From assembly GCF_964213995.1 (NCBI RefSeq), contig NC_135815.1, positions 42,222,001 to 42,286,000 of the forward strand: DNA of 64,000 bases, in the 5' to 3' direction. Each line of letters starts with the position of its first letter. The first letter of the stretch is position 1. Below, in pieces: positions 12,455 to 24,799 of the stretch. This DNA is from Mustelus asterias. Its lineage: Eukaryota. Both the position numbers and the translations under genes were made by a program. Below the pieces are notes generated by a model. It was not told where the DNA came from. It saw nothing but the letters and a program-made list of their open reading frames with translations, and ran no database searches.

Positions 12455-12623
12455 TTATATTAATATATAATATATACTATATGAAATCAATATTGATTTC
12501 TATATAATATAAATATAATAAACTATATTATATATATTGATTTCTATATTACTATTATACTATGTATAAATATAAACTATATATAATATGTAGAATCAAT
12601 ATATATATATATATATGTGTATA
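12455..12623. repeat. AT-rich quasi-palindromic low-complexity tract
   Basis: Almost pure A/T with recurring GAAATCAATAT/ATATTGATTTC; partly repeated in inverted orientation at 17845-17933. Confidence 0.8.
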
Positions 12624-13092
12624 TGAGGAACACGCACATCAAAATGCTTGGTGCAGTGGCAGGCTTGTCAGGCCACCTGTCAAGGCACATAGAGGAGTCC
12701 AAATCCAATGTGACACAGGGCCCTTCTTTCACACTGTAGAAGTGATGACCAACTCCATGACTACATTTGATGGTTGCTGTCTCAGCTTCCACTGTCGCTC
12801 AGACAGAAGCCACTTAAAGTCTCAGTGCTGCAGACAGAGATCATGAGACCAAACAGGTTCAGCTACCAAGCAGGTTCAGCTTGTACATCATCATGGCTGC
12901 CGATCTCAGAGCTCAAAGGGGCATGCAGGCTCCTACAGTAAATTAGCAGTCTGTACTCCAACTGAGCAACAACACATGGTGCACCATGGAGCATGAATTA
13001 TACCATTTGTGCACTCATCCGACCATTCTGCCCATGCCCTTTCTTGCACCTTTCAGCCAGCCATTCCAAAGTACTTCCATTCATGTTTAGGT
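12624..13092 (+). repeat. Inverted duplication, arm A
   Basis: Reverse complement of 17934-18409 apart from a 7-bp indel and about 3 substitutions; ORF track gives identical translations. Confidence 0.95.
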
Positions 13093-14640
13093 GGAACAAT
13101 CCAAAGCCAAGCCCTCAAGGCTCAAGCTGCTTGAAAGAGTCCATCAAGGTCATCTGCAGTCTCCCCTAGCGAAAGTCAGCAGCTTTCTCATCATTCTGCA
13201 GCCACTAGGGTAGTACTGCATAGAGGCACATGCCAGGCAAAGCCACCTGCCAAGGCAGGCACTAGGGAATGCACAGGGTGAATATTTAAGTAATGTTTGT
13301 TTCATTGAGTTTGTTCTTGGATAGACATGTTACGGAAAGGCTTTTGTTGGGTGTATATTATTGCAGGATCTTGGCCTAGGGGATGCTGTGATGGGCATCC
13401 CAGAGGGATGGGAAGGCAGGGAAGGGTAGATGATGATGGGATGATATCTTAAGGGGGGCAAAGTCTTGGACAGATGCTCCCAGACAACCCTACTGGAGTG
13501 AAGGTGTCCCAAGAGCCTCAAAAATGTGTCCCTGCCGCCTCCTCTTCCTGAGGTGACCACTGGTGACAATGGTTGTGCCTCATTATAGTGATGCAGACCA
13601 CTACAAACTTTGATAAACACCCATGCCAAGCATCAAAACTGTTGCTAAAGAATGCCAAAAGTCTGGTCCATAATTTTTCTGCTGCCAACATGGTTTTCCT
13701 TGTACACCTCTGTTCTCAAGTCGTTTGGTGGTGGAGCAGGGTTATCACCTATCTTTAAGGGGGTATCTCTTTTCTCTGAGCAGCCATCTTTTGGCTCTTC
13801 TGAGCGGCTTGAAGATGGTGAGAATGCAGACTCTCAGTATGAAGGAATTGTGGCTTCTGTCAGAAAAGTGGGCATTCATCAGCATGATAGTTTATACTGG
13901 TCACACACTGACCAAAGTGGGTGCTTGCCATTGCTAGCACCTATGAGTTGATGACTCTTCGCACCATTGGGAATCCTAGATCAGCATGCCCACTCATTCT
14001 GCTTCTATCTGCTTAAGAGAGAAAACAATGAAATGTCCTCTCTTGGCATATAGGACCTCCATCCCAGCGCCCCCCCCCCCCCCCCCCCCCCCCCGCCCCA
14101 ACAAATTGCTGTGATGCATGCTGTACTAGGAGATGTTTACTATATTGACATTTCCCCTTGGTATGATCCCGAGATGTAGAAATTGAGGGTGACCGTGACT
14201 GGAATCATTGAGCTTGTCCTGGCAAAAGGTCCTATTGAGGGAGTTCTGTGGTGATCTGTTCACTAAATATGAGACAGCTTGAGCATTATTTGGAGATATG
14301 GTGGAGATATGAGAAGTACTCCCTGACTCGTGAAGTTAGGGTCTGCTGTGAAGGGTCCTCCTCCTTCTCCTCCCTTCATATAGAACTTCCTCTCTATGCA
14401 ACCTCTGCTCCATTTCTCTGTCATGTTGAATATCCAGAAGCATTGCTACGACAGCTCCCATATCACTTACTGAATTGGTAAAGACAAGTAACAAAATCTT
14501 CTGACCTCCCTGCATGGATGCACCAAATGACCACAATACTTCTAAAAACACTCCACAGTACTTCACAAACTTTGCTACATCAGAAGTAAGTCAAAAAAGC
14601 ACTTCACCTGCAAGCTGAATGGCTGGTCCTTCAAATAGTA
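13093..14640. mobile_element. Degraded Harbinger-like transposon remnant (continuation of arm A)
   Basis: GC-richer decayed sequence resembling the Myb/SANT-gene half of Harbinger elements; no intact ORF. Family call is by recollection only. Confidence 0.35.
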
Positions 14641-14829
14641 TTAGTAGAAAGTCAAATTAACTGGAATGGTTGACTGATATTACAATCTATATTGTCAAAC
14701 TGCACATCCAACATCCAATATTGGGGTCTGTGCTCAGGTTGCCACCTACCTGCCAGGCTAATGATGACAGATGATAAAGGCAGATGATAAAACATGTGGA
14801 AGATGGAACTGTCATAGATTAATTTTGAT

Positions 14830-14915
14830 TACTGCTGAAAAAAAACATTTTGTTGAAGCTTTTTGTCTTGCACTCATCAGGACAATCACAAGAATACCAA
14901 TGTCAGGGGAAACGA
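14830..14915 (-). mobile_element. Old Penelope-like terminal fragment with decayed hammerhead motif
   Basis: Reverse strand TGTC-CTGATGA-GTGCAAGAC-AAAA-AGCTT-CAACA; homologous to 60881-60974. Confidence 0.55.
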
Positions 14916-15774
14916 ATGTCAGATTAATTTTTTGTAGTTTTGCTTGATTGCTTGAAAAGATGAGCAATTATATCATAAAATCTTTCCTTGAGGAGATTAA
15001 AAATTTGATTTAGAGTAACTGGCCCAGGCACGACGATGATTATTCAATTCTTAAGAGGTATATTTCTGACCTCTAATCTTCATTCTTTCCAAGATGGCAC
15101 TTTCTTTTACGAATAACTTTGACTTCTTTAAGAGATAATGAATTTTACTTGAAGTGGATATTTTTAATTTGACTACCTTAATAACAAAGTTATTTAAATA
15201 AATATCTTTTTTCTACCATGCACATTATTTTTGTTTGGTTTGTTTTAAATGTCAAAATGTAACTATGGAAGTTAGTCTGTGATGATTCTAGGAGGGGAAT
15301 ATAATATGGTGTTTGTGTAACAGATATTGCATTTTGGGGGCAATCACAAGATGGGCAAAGGTGCAGACTTGTGTAAACAAGGTGTCCATTGACCTGTAAT
15401 GAAGAAATGACGGCAAGGAATCATCATCAAGGTTTCAAAAAAGATTCAATATTTTTATTTGTTCTATGTTTTTCTTTACTTGTATTTATTTTTATAGCTG
15501 TATGTTTACATTATCACTTTCGCAAATGCATGTCTGATTCAAGCAGTGTTCCACAGTAGAAAGATAAGTTATCTTCATTCTTTTTGGTTATGATTGGATT
15601 CTTAATCAAGTGATGCACTTAAATTTGTTCTATGGAATAAGAATGAATGGTACCAACGCAAGATATCACAACCTGCTCTTTGACAAAAGCTTACTAACCT
15701 ATGTATCTTTCAAGCATTTCTGTGCATAATTTCAGTTTGTCCATTTTACGTTAATGTAATATGGCATTCTTAAT

Positions 15775-15943
15775 ACAAAAGCAAACTAGTGCAGACACTG
15801 GAAATCTGAAATAAAAAAGAAAATGTTGGAAATGCGCTGTGGAGACAAACAGTTAGCATTTTAGGTCAATGACCTTTCATCAGATTAGTTCTGATGAAAA
15901 GTTATTGACATGAAATGTTAACTCTCCACAATTCCTGCCTGAC
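15775..15943. mobile_element. Old palindromic Penelope-like fragment with decayed hammerhead motifs
   Basis: Inverted pair GACCTTTCATCAG / CTGATGAAAAGTTATTGACATGAAATGTTAAC; related to 50215-50345; truncated on the right by the 15944 duplication. Confidence 0.55.
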
Positions 15944-16617
15944 TTCTGCACTCTCTCGTTTCCTTCTCTATGAACAGGATGCTTAGCGCACAAGAAGCAA
16001 TACTTTTCACTGTACTAATACATGTGACAATAAATCAAACTGTGAATATTTTTTTTAAAGTATCATATGGAGGTTTTGATCATTTAATCTTTTAACTTAA
16101 AGATAAAGGAACTGAGCTTGATTCTAATTTCATGTAACAGGTCTTTGTTGACATATAATGGTCATCTGTTTAGTATAATGATGATGTGGAGTATAATGAT
16201 ACCAGTATGCTTAAATGGTGTGATTTCAACTTTTTATTAAAAGTGGTGAAATAGCAGTGGTTAGCACTGCTGCTTCACAGCTCCAGGGACCTGGGTTCGA
16301 TTTCCGGCTTGGGTCACTGTCTGTGCGGAGTTTGCACATTCTCCTCGTGTCTGCGAGGGTTTCCTCCGGGTGCTCCGGTTTCCTCCCACAGTCCAAAGAT
16401 GTGCGGGTTAGGTTGATTGGCTATGCTAAATTGCCCCTTCGTGTCCTGTGATGCGTAGGTTAGAGGGATTAGCGGGTAAATATATAGGGATATGGGGGTA
16501 GGGCCTGGGTGGGATTGTGGTCGGTGCAGACTCGATGGGCCGAATGGCCTCTTTCTGTACTGTAGGGTTTCTATGATTCTATGATTAAATGCATTATTAG
16601 GATCACTAAAGTAGCAA
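15944..16617 (-). repeat. 674-bp inverted copy of DTL intronic segment 54081-54755
   Basis: Direct comparison: Rex1 tail + unique DNA + SINE + flank all match the reverse complement of 54081-54755. Confidence 0.92.
16255..16585 (+). mobile_element. HE1-like tRNA-derived V-SINE
   Basis: GTGGTTAGCACTGCTGC A-box head, GGTTCGATT B-box, V-domain GGAGTTTGCACATTCTC, CR1-derived tail ending (TTCTATGA)n. Confidence 0.85.
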
Positions 16618-17469
16618 CATAAGAACTAGGAGCAGGAGTAGGCCATCTGGCCCCTTGAGCCTCTCCGCCATTCAATAAGATCATGGCTGATCTTTTCGTG
16701 GACTCAGCTCCACTTACCCGCCCGCTCACCATAACCCTTAATTCCTTTACTGTTCAAAAATGTATCTATCCTTGCCTTAAAAACATTCAATGAGGTAGCC
16801 TGAACTGCTTCACAGGGCAGGGAATTCCACAGATTCACAACCCTTTGTGTGAAGAAGTTTCTCCTCAACTCAGTCCTAAATCTGCTTCCCCTTATTTTGA
16901 GGCCATGCCCCCTACTTCTAGTTTAACCTGCCAGTGGAAACAACTTCCCTGCTTCTATTTTATCTATTCCCTTCATAATCTTATATGTTTCTATAAGATC
17001 TCCTCTCATTGTTCTGAATTCCAATGAGTATAGCCCCAGTCTACTCAGTCTGTCCTCATAAGCCAACCCTCTCAACTCCGGAATCAACCTAGTGAATCTC
17101 CTCTGCACCCGCTCCAGTGCCAGTATATCCTTTCTCAAGTAAGGAGACCAAAACTGTACACACTACTCCAGGTGTGGCCCCACCAGCACCTTATACAGCT
17201 GCAACATAATCTCGCTATTTTTAAACTCCATCCCTCTAGCAATGAAGGACAAATTCCATTTGCCTTCTTAATTACCTGCTGCACCTGCAAACCAACTCCT
17301 TGTGATTCTTGCACAAGGACACCCAGGTCCCTCTGCACAGCAGCATGCTGCAATTTTTTACCATTTAAATAATAGTCCATTCCTACCAAAATGGATGACC
17401 TCACATTTACCAACATTGTACTCCATCTGCCAGACATTTGCCCACTCACTTAGACTATCTATATCCCTA
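16614..17469 (-). mobile_element. CR1 LINE, 5'-truncated
   Basis: ORF 16923..17138 RKDILALERVQRRFTRLIPELRGLAYEDRLSRLGLYSLEFR is the CR1 ORF2 C-terminus; 3' tail at 16614. Confidence 0.9.
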
Positions 17470-17933
17470 TGTCACAGTCATGCTGTTGTCCAGCACAGGA
17501 GTGACAGGAATGGTTATAAAATCATAAGCTGAAATAAACATGGACCTGACCTGGCAGTCAATCAACAGACACTCAGTTACACAAGACTTGATATCGAGAT
17601 TTATTATTTTTATTTCGTGATTAAAAATAGATCCACAATTTTAATATATCTCTATACACAGTAAAATGATCAATTATGATTTTATAGAAAGAATCAACAT
17701 TCTAAATATAAAATTAGTTCATGACCGAAAAGTCACTCAGCAACTCACTTTATAATTCCCTGTGAATTATTAATAAAATTAATAAACAAATAGTCTGTGC
17801 CCAAAAGGCGAGTTCATGCATCAGCAACCACTTTTCATCTGATTTATAGAAATCAATACACAATATATTGATTCTATATAGTATATAATAAAGTTTATTA
17901 TATTTATATTATATAGAAAATATATATATATAT

Positions 17934-18409
17934 ACCTAAGCATGAATGGAAGTACTTTGGAATGGCTGGCTGAAAGGTGCAAGAAAGGGCATGGGCAGAA
18001 TGGTCGGATGAGTGCACAAATGGTATAATTCATGCTCCATGGTGCACCATGTGTTGTTGCTCAGTCATCTGTTGGAGTACAAACTGCTAATTTACTGTAA
18101 GAGCCTGCATGCCCCTTTGAGCTCTGAGATCGGCAGCCATGATGATGTACAAGCTGAACCTGCTTGGTAGCTGAACCTGTTTGGTCTCATGATCTCTGTC
18201 TGCAGCACTGAGACTTTAAGTGGCTTCTGTCTGAGCGACAGTGGAAGCTGAGACAGCAACCATCAAATGTAGTCATGGAGTTGGTCATCACTTCTACAGT
18301 GTGAAAGAAGGGCCCTGTGTCACATTGGATTTGGACTCCTCTATGTGCCTTGACAGGTGGCCTGACAAGCCTGCCACTGCACCAAGCATTTTGATGTGCG
18401 TGTTCCTCA
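17934..18409 (-). repeat. Inverted duplication, arm A'
   Basis: Reverse complement of 12624-13092. Confidence 0.95.
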
Positions 18410-18930
18410 GCATTGTCCAATAGGACACGTCATCACAATCCTCATCTTGTCTCGCGTAGAAGAACATACTTGTGATTTTGCCCTCAGTGAGCTCGTCCTT
18501 GGTTAGACAGTAGCCTTTTGGTGAGCAGTGACTCCTCATTTGCAGACCCAAACCTTCACCACCCTCTTAAATTCACAAAGTGCCAGTATCTGAGCTGGAA
18601 ATGAAGAACAGCATGAAGTTTGCATACTGCCAGCCTCAAGGAAATCGGTGTGCTTATTGCAAATAGTGGCCTCTGAGTGCAAAAATGGGTGCAAACCAAA
18701 TTTGGGCTTTTGTCAAACAGAGCTAGAATGGAATTTAGAACTGATCTCGTACCTCCAACAGGTGATATTGTTGGACCTGAACCCTGCGCGCCAATGAAGA
18801 ACTGGTGATCTCTGAATAGTCTAGTGTTGAGGGCTGAGTAATATATGATATGTCTTCTGGTCCCCCGTTCATAGTGCACAAAAAGCAGCTAGGCACAAAA
18901 TAATGCTGCTGATTTGTTTTCATTAACATG
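18410..18930 (-). mobile_element. Degraded Harbinger-like transposase remnant
   Basis: Weak motifs (e.g. KGYCL, compare DKGYPL of HARBI1-like nucleases); contiguous with arm A'. Confidence 0.35.
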
Positions 18931-20109
18931 TTTCAATAGAAATCTGAGAAATGCAGAGGTGACACCTCAACTAGAGCAGCCAGGAATTATTTTTGTCACT
19001 GAAGCATTGAGGATTATTGTAAATGCACACAATGGGGAAGATGCTTTCGCACTGAATAGATTTCGCAGACAAATTGAGTGTTCATAGGCTGTAGCAATCA
19101 TGTGTAAATTAATTTCCAGTAATTAGTCAGGTGTATTTTATTACAATCATTATATTTGATGTCTAGATTTTGTGTATGATGCACACAAATGGAAAAAATG
19201 CTTTATGTATACATATTATGTCCTTGTTAAAATATTATTTGCCCTTGACACTGAAAGTCTGATTTTAAAGTACTGAAGATCAATTTATAAACTGACTCAG
19301 TGCCAGTAATGTTTTGTCAAACGAGAATGTAGAGATTTTAATAGAGAATTTAAAAATCCCTGGTGAGCATCCACATGGAACATTGATCTGTTTTTCCCCA
19401 GGAATGAGCAGCCATGTTCCCAGGAATATAGAGAGAGTTGGATAAACCTCCGGAAAGACTTAAAAGGGAAGAAAAATTGGAGGTGAATTCAATGTCGATG
19501 CACAAAATGGGTTCTGTGGGAAGGTGGCACAGCAGTGAACATGGACATGAGGTGAGTGTAATGAGGCTTGGCCTTTTTGCACCACTAGACACCATGTCTG
19601 GCTGGAAACAATGGTGAGACTGAATACTATCAATAATACCTGGAAATGAATGTGGAAAATTACAGCACACTTCAAGTGATCTGACAAAGACCAAGCAACA
19701 GTACTGTCTATTGGTCAGATGGCATATAATGCAAATTGCAACTATCAGCCTGTTCAGTATTTAGTTTGCCTATGCCACACCTTGATCTAATCTTGTAGCT
19801 CTTTCACTATATCTAATGTTCACCAATGCCTGAATAAGCACACAGTCAACAGTCAAAATGTGATGCACAAAAGAATTCTGTTACATTCAAATCCCTAAGT
19901 CTAATCTTTCAACACCCAACCTACCAGGATATTTTAGTGTTTAAAAGCAAGCCTACCTTAAAAGAGTGAGCATAAATGATTGTCAATATTTTCCCCTAAA
20001 GTTCAAATGTTCTGAAATGTTTCATCAGGAATGCTTTATTGTGAATCTTCTGTAAACACTCCAAAAACAAAAAATATTCCAAAGACTGTTTAAGAACTTT
20101 TTCCAAATA

Positions 20110-21240
20110 CTCCAAGGTTAGATCACATGGGATTAGGGGTAATTTATTATCTTGGATAGGTGACTGGCTGATAGCCAGAAGACAGAGAGTCGGGATAAGT
20201 GGGGTATTTTTCTGGATGGCAAAAAGTAAGTAGTGGGGTGCCATAGGGTTCGGTCCTTGGCCTCCAGCTATTTACAATCTATACTAATGACTTGGATACA
20301 GAGATAGGAGGCTCTATAGCCAAATTTGCAGATGACACAAAAGTAGGCGGGGCAGTAAGTTGCAATGAGGAAATAAGAACCTTACAAATGAATATAGATA
20401 GGTTAGGAGAATGGGCCAAAAGATGGAGTTTAGCATAGATAAGTGTGAGGTCATGCATTTTGGTTGGAAAAATGGAAAGGCGACTTATTATTTAAATGGG
20501 GAGAGACTTCGGGGTGCTCTGGTGCAGAGGGATCTGGGTATCCTCGTTCAGGAGTCACAGAAAATTAGCATGCAGGTAGAGGAGATAATAAAGCGAATAG
20601 AATGTTGGCATTTATAGCTAGAGGAATAGAATTTAAAGGTAAGGAAGTACTGTTGCAACTGTACAAGGCATTGGTGAGACAGCATCTGGAGTATTGTGCA
20701 CAGTTGTGGTCCCCTTATTTGAGGAAAGATGTAGTGGCATTGGTGGCAGTTCAGAGGAGGTTCACTAGATTGATTCCAAAGATGAGGGGTTTGTCGTATG
20801 AAGAGATATTGAACAGTTTAGGCCTATACTCTCTGGAATTTAGAAAAATGAGGGAGATCAAATTGAGATATACAAGATGATAAAAGGTATGGATAAAGTA
20901 GACGTTGTGCGGATACTTCCTCTGTGGGGCATTCCAGACGAGAGGTCATAATCTTAGGATAAGGGGTAGCAAATTTAAAACAGAGTGGAGAAGAAACTAT
21001 TTTTCCCGAAGGGTTGTGAATCTGTGGAATTTGCTACCACGAAGTGCGGTGGATGCTGGGACAGTGAGTAAAGTTAAGGAGGAGTTAGACAGATTTTTAA
21101 TTGGTATTGGGTTGAAGGGTAAAGGGGAGAAGGCAGGAAAATGGGGATGAGGAGCATATCAGCCATGATCGAATGGCAGAGCAGACTCGATGGGCGAAAT
21201 GGCCTAATTCTGCTCCTATATCTTATCAACTTATGAACTC
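20110..21240 (+). mobile_element. CR1 LINE, 5'-truncated
   Basis: RT motif region (KFADDTK at ~20322) and ORFs 20411-21150 with CR1 ORF2 C-terminal motifs; 3' tail at ~21240. Confidence 0.9.
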
Positions 21241-23337
21241 ATGCAAAAGAAAAGAAAATTTGGCAGACATATTGGGTAATCGAGGAGCATCAATTCAAAT
21301 GTTATGGAATTAAATTTGGGCATTAAAGAGACTTATGCACAAAATAGGTATGAACAACAGTGATAGAAAAGCACAGAATTGCAGACCTAACAGAAATAGT
21401 TACTGGATCTTCACTTTGAAATTTGTTATTCCATCTGCATTGAGGGTTGCATACCCCTTCTTGTGGCAAGCTGTTTGGCCTTAAATTGTGACCTAGTAAA
21501 AGCACTGCATAAACTCAGTGTGACACCTCCTCACTTGTATCCTGCAATAAAGTTCAAATATTCTATTTATTTTGTAACTTACTAATCTAAAATGTCTCTT
21601 GTGTTCTGTGTTTATTAATGCCCTTTGATCTCATCTACCTTGCTAATTTGTTTTTTCAATATCATTGTGTACGTGTTGACTTTTTTTTCTAATCTGCAAT
21701 AATTTACAATTACTCGTGTTGAATTTCACTTATCACTATCCCACCTTCTTAAATATTCATTCTACCTGATTTGTTTCTTAAGTGTCTGTAACAGTCTCCT
21801 CAAAATTGAGTTTTGTTTGACTCATAAATTTGGAACGAATAGGGCTTCTATCATCAGTACCTTTATTCATTTAACTTCATCCTTAGCTTTGCAACTTTGT
21901 TGCAAAATCACACGTCTAATGAGGACAATACTGGCTATTTAATACCTTTCAGCCAACTTCTTGTTCATTTTCATAGAGTAAGCAAGATGAAGAATAATAA
22001 AATAACAAAAAGATATTCAAGTGTCTTGTGAAATGCAGCCACTTTGGTTGCATTTCCAACATCTCAAATTAACATTCTCTCCAGTAATGCCTTTTCATGC
22101 TTTTTCCCTAGATTGGTGCTAAACATTCAGGACCACGGAGGGCACTCCTATCTCAATGCTCTCGGATTTGAAATATCCATATTTTTTTCCTATCCACTGT
22201 TGTCCACTCCTTGGTTCACCATTACAAAAGGAGCAGGTTGTTTTCATGACTGTCTTCTGCTGGGAAACAAAGATATAAATCTAGTGTTGCAAAATTAAGT
22301 CGCCAGCCTTTTTCTTCTACAGAATTCTGTGGGATTACAGATGTGTTTTGATATCAACGTTGGTTCAAACTGTTTGTTCAAGGTGCCTTTTCAACAGGCT
22401 GAGAGCAGCAAAGCTGGATTGTATGAGATTAGTTGGTTAATCCGGCACAACATGGTTGACCTGACTATTCCATGATAGCTAAGTGCCGAGCTCTACTCCA
22501 CTTGGATTCAGAAGCCAGGATATCAATGTTGCTGTTGAGTCTTCTGAATTTGGAAAGGATGTCATAACAGCAGTTTTTGGAATACAATTACAATGTAGTA
22601 GTAGTATCTTTCCACACTTACATGAATAAGCCTCAAATCTTATTTATACAGTCCAACTAGGATACTTAGTATACCTGCACTGGAATAGGGTACACGCATA
22701 AAATTCCCCCACATCAAAATTTTAACATACATAAAACAAATGATTTGTGTTCTTCATGTAGCTGTTGGAGGCATGAACTGCAAATTTGCAGTTGATAAAA
22801 TGTGTGTAAATATTATGACTGTAGTTGATGCCTGATTGCTTCAGGCAAGGCTTAATGTATTGGGAGATTGGTCTCACAACTGGCATATAATGCTTATTTT
22901 GGTTAAGTGGAGTCTTAATCATGTGGGCAGGGAGAATGTTCAACTTTCAACATTCTTCACAGAAAAGCATAGGCTTAGATAAAGTGGGTGGGGTAGGACT
23001 GGTTGGGGGGTGTATAAGAGAAGACAGTTGAACCATTACTTTGACTTGCATATCCCACCTGTTCAACTCCCAGCAGGAACTTCCATCCAGTTGTTGCTGC
23101 TTCTGTCCTGAACACCAGAAAGATATTGGCAACACGATCAACAAAGGGATGGAAATGGGATCAACAAAAGTGTTGAAGTCTGAGCCTTGATCAGAATCAC
23201 ATCTGAACACTGAAGATGCTGGCCATTTCAAAAAAAATTGGAGACCAATTTTCATCTTATTTATAGAACTTGGACTTAGTAACTTAGAAAACAAGTGATG
23301 CAGGGTGAGACATTAAGGGCATTCAGGAAGAAGAACA

Positions 23338-23922
23338 TGGTAGGATTTTGCACCTGAAACCCCTCTGTGATCATGTTCTCCTCATTTATGTTAATTAATT
23401 GTTAGTACCTAATAGGTATTTAACATCCATCAACAGAACCTAATAAGTTAAGTTCCGTGCCCACTCGGCACTGCAGGGACTGGGGTGTATTATTGACCCC
23501 AACAATCACATTATGATTTGATGTTTTAAGTTTCCTTTGTGCTTTGTCTTTTATTTTGGGCAGTTCCCCCTCCTTTTGGGGAGCTGCCTTTTTTGCTTTG
23601 TCCCTAAGTTAATTTGATTTTTTTATAATTGGTATGTACACAAAAAGAAGTCCCCTTCCTATTGGGGAGCCGCCCCTTTTACTTTGTCCCTAAGTTAATT
23701 TGAGTTCGTTTACTTGATTGGTGCCGAAAAAGCTACCTAATAGGTTAAGATAATAAAGGTGAACAGCTGTTAGGTGTTGATTAGTTAATTATACTCAGGT
23801 GTGTACATAAAGAAGAGCCAGCCAGTATTAGGGTGGAGAAATAAGCAATAAACAGCCTTTTTAAAAACAAAATCCAAGTCTTTGTGTCTTTTTCATAGCC
23901 AGGCTTGGGACTATCCTGTAAC
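23338..23922 (+). mobile_element. Possible solo LTR with internal ~50-bp direct repeat
   Basis: Ends TGTAACA; AATAAA at ~23848; repeat CCCCT..TTGGGGAGC..CTTTGTCCCTAAGTTAATTTGA at 23566-23616 and 23652-23703; no clear TSD. Confidence 0.3.
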
Positions 23923-24799
23923 ATTAATGACAATTCTCTTTAAATTTGTGAATGTAACTACTTTCAGATGAAGGAATCAGAAGGATTTGAAAACTTGCTG
24001 TCTATTGCTTCACAGATCTCACCCCAGTGTCTTGCTTTTCACGGTCATTATTGAAAGTTACTCCTATAACAAGATTGACGGAGGTAGGTTTGGGCTGGCA
24101 TGCAAGGAATGTCTCCCAGGTGGCTATCTGATAGCTGATGTAATAGATCTGCTGGTATCAACTGGTTAAAGTGGAAGAACAAGTTGTAAAATTCTGCAAG
24201 TAATCTTTGTTATGGGTGATACCATCTCTCTTTTTTTTCTCTTCCTCTCTCTGTCCTCATTGTTCAAAGAATGGGGCTATGTACAAATGGCATGGCAGGA
24301 GTCTATACATTATGCTGTTCTCACTCCAGATTGCAGCACAGATGAGCTTTCTATTCAGTGATCTCTCTTGCCTTTCATGTATTTGAAAGGAGTTAGCACT
24401 AGCTGCTGAGTCTGGACCAGTGGAGAACAGAACCTGCAGCAGAGTACTTACTTTGAGGATGAACTGCTTTGACAAAAGGACCATGTGAATTCCCAAAGGC
24501 AAATTTTACTAAAATACAGCCATGCAGTTCCTGATCCTTGACTCATAGGCAACCAAGGTAGGCTGAAGGATGGTACTCGAGAGAAAGAAAATTATTACAG
24601 TTAATCACATTTTTAAAAAAATGTTTAAATAATCTTGTGATAACAGCTGTTCTAGGGGAGTCTTATCTTTGCTGGGGTTCACAGACTAGATCAGTATGCT
24701 GTTGGTGCTTATGAGAGATAGTAAAGTTTCTATTTACTCTGCAACCACAATAAAGATTAGTTCCTTTTATTTACTTATTGGAAAAAGTATTTCGTAAAA

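Noticed and set aside
16255-16330. tRNA-like heads of the SINE copies as tRNA genes
   Set aside because: Each continues into the V-SINE body and LINE-derived tail; no full cloverleaf.
12562-18423. Identical small ORFs at 12562-12846 and 18187-18420 as a duplicated gene, or arms A/A' as TIRs of a large transposon
   Set aside because: Identity just reflects the DNA duplication; no TSD, and each arm is continuous with decayed sequence on a different side, which fits an inversion better.
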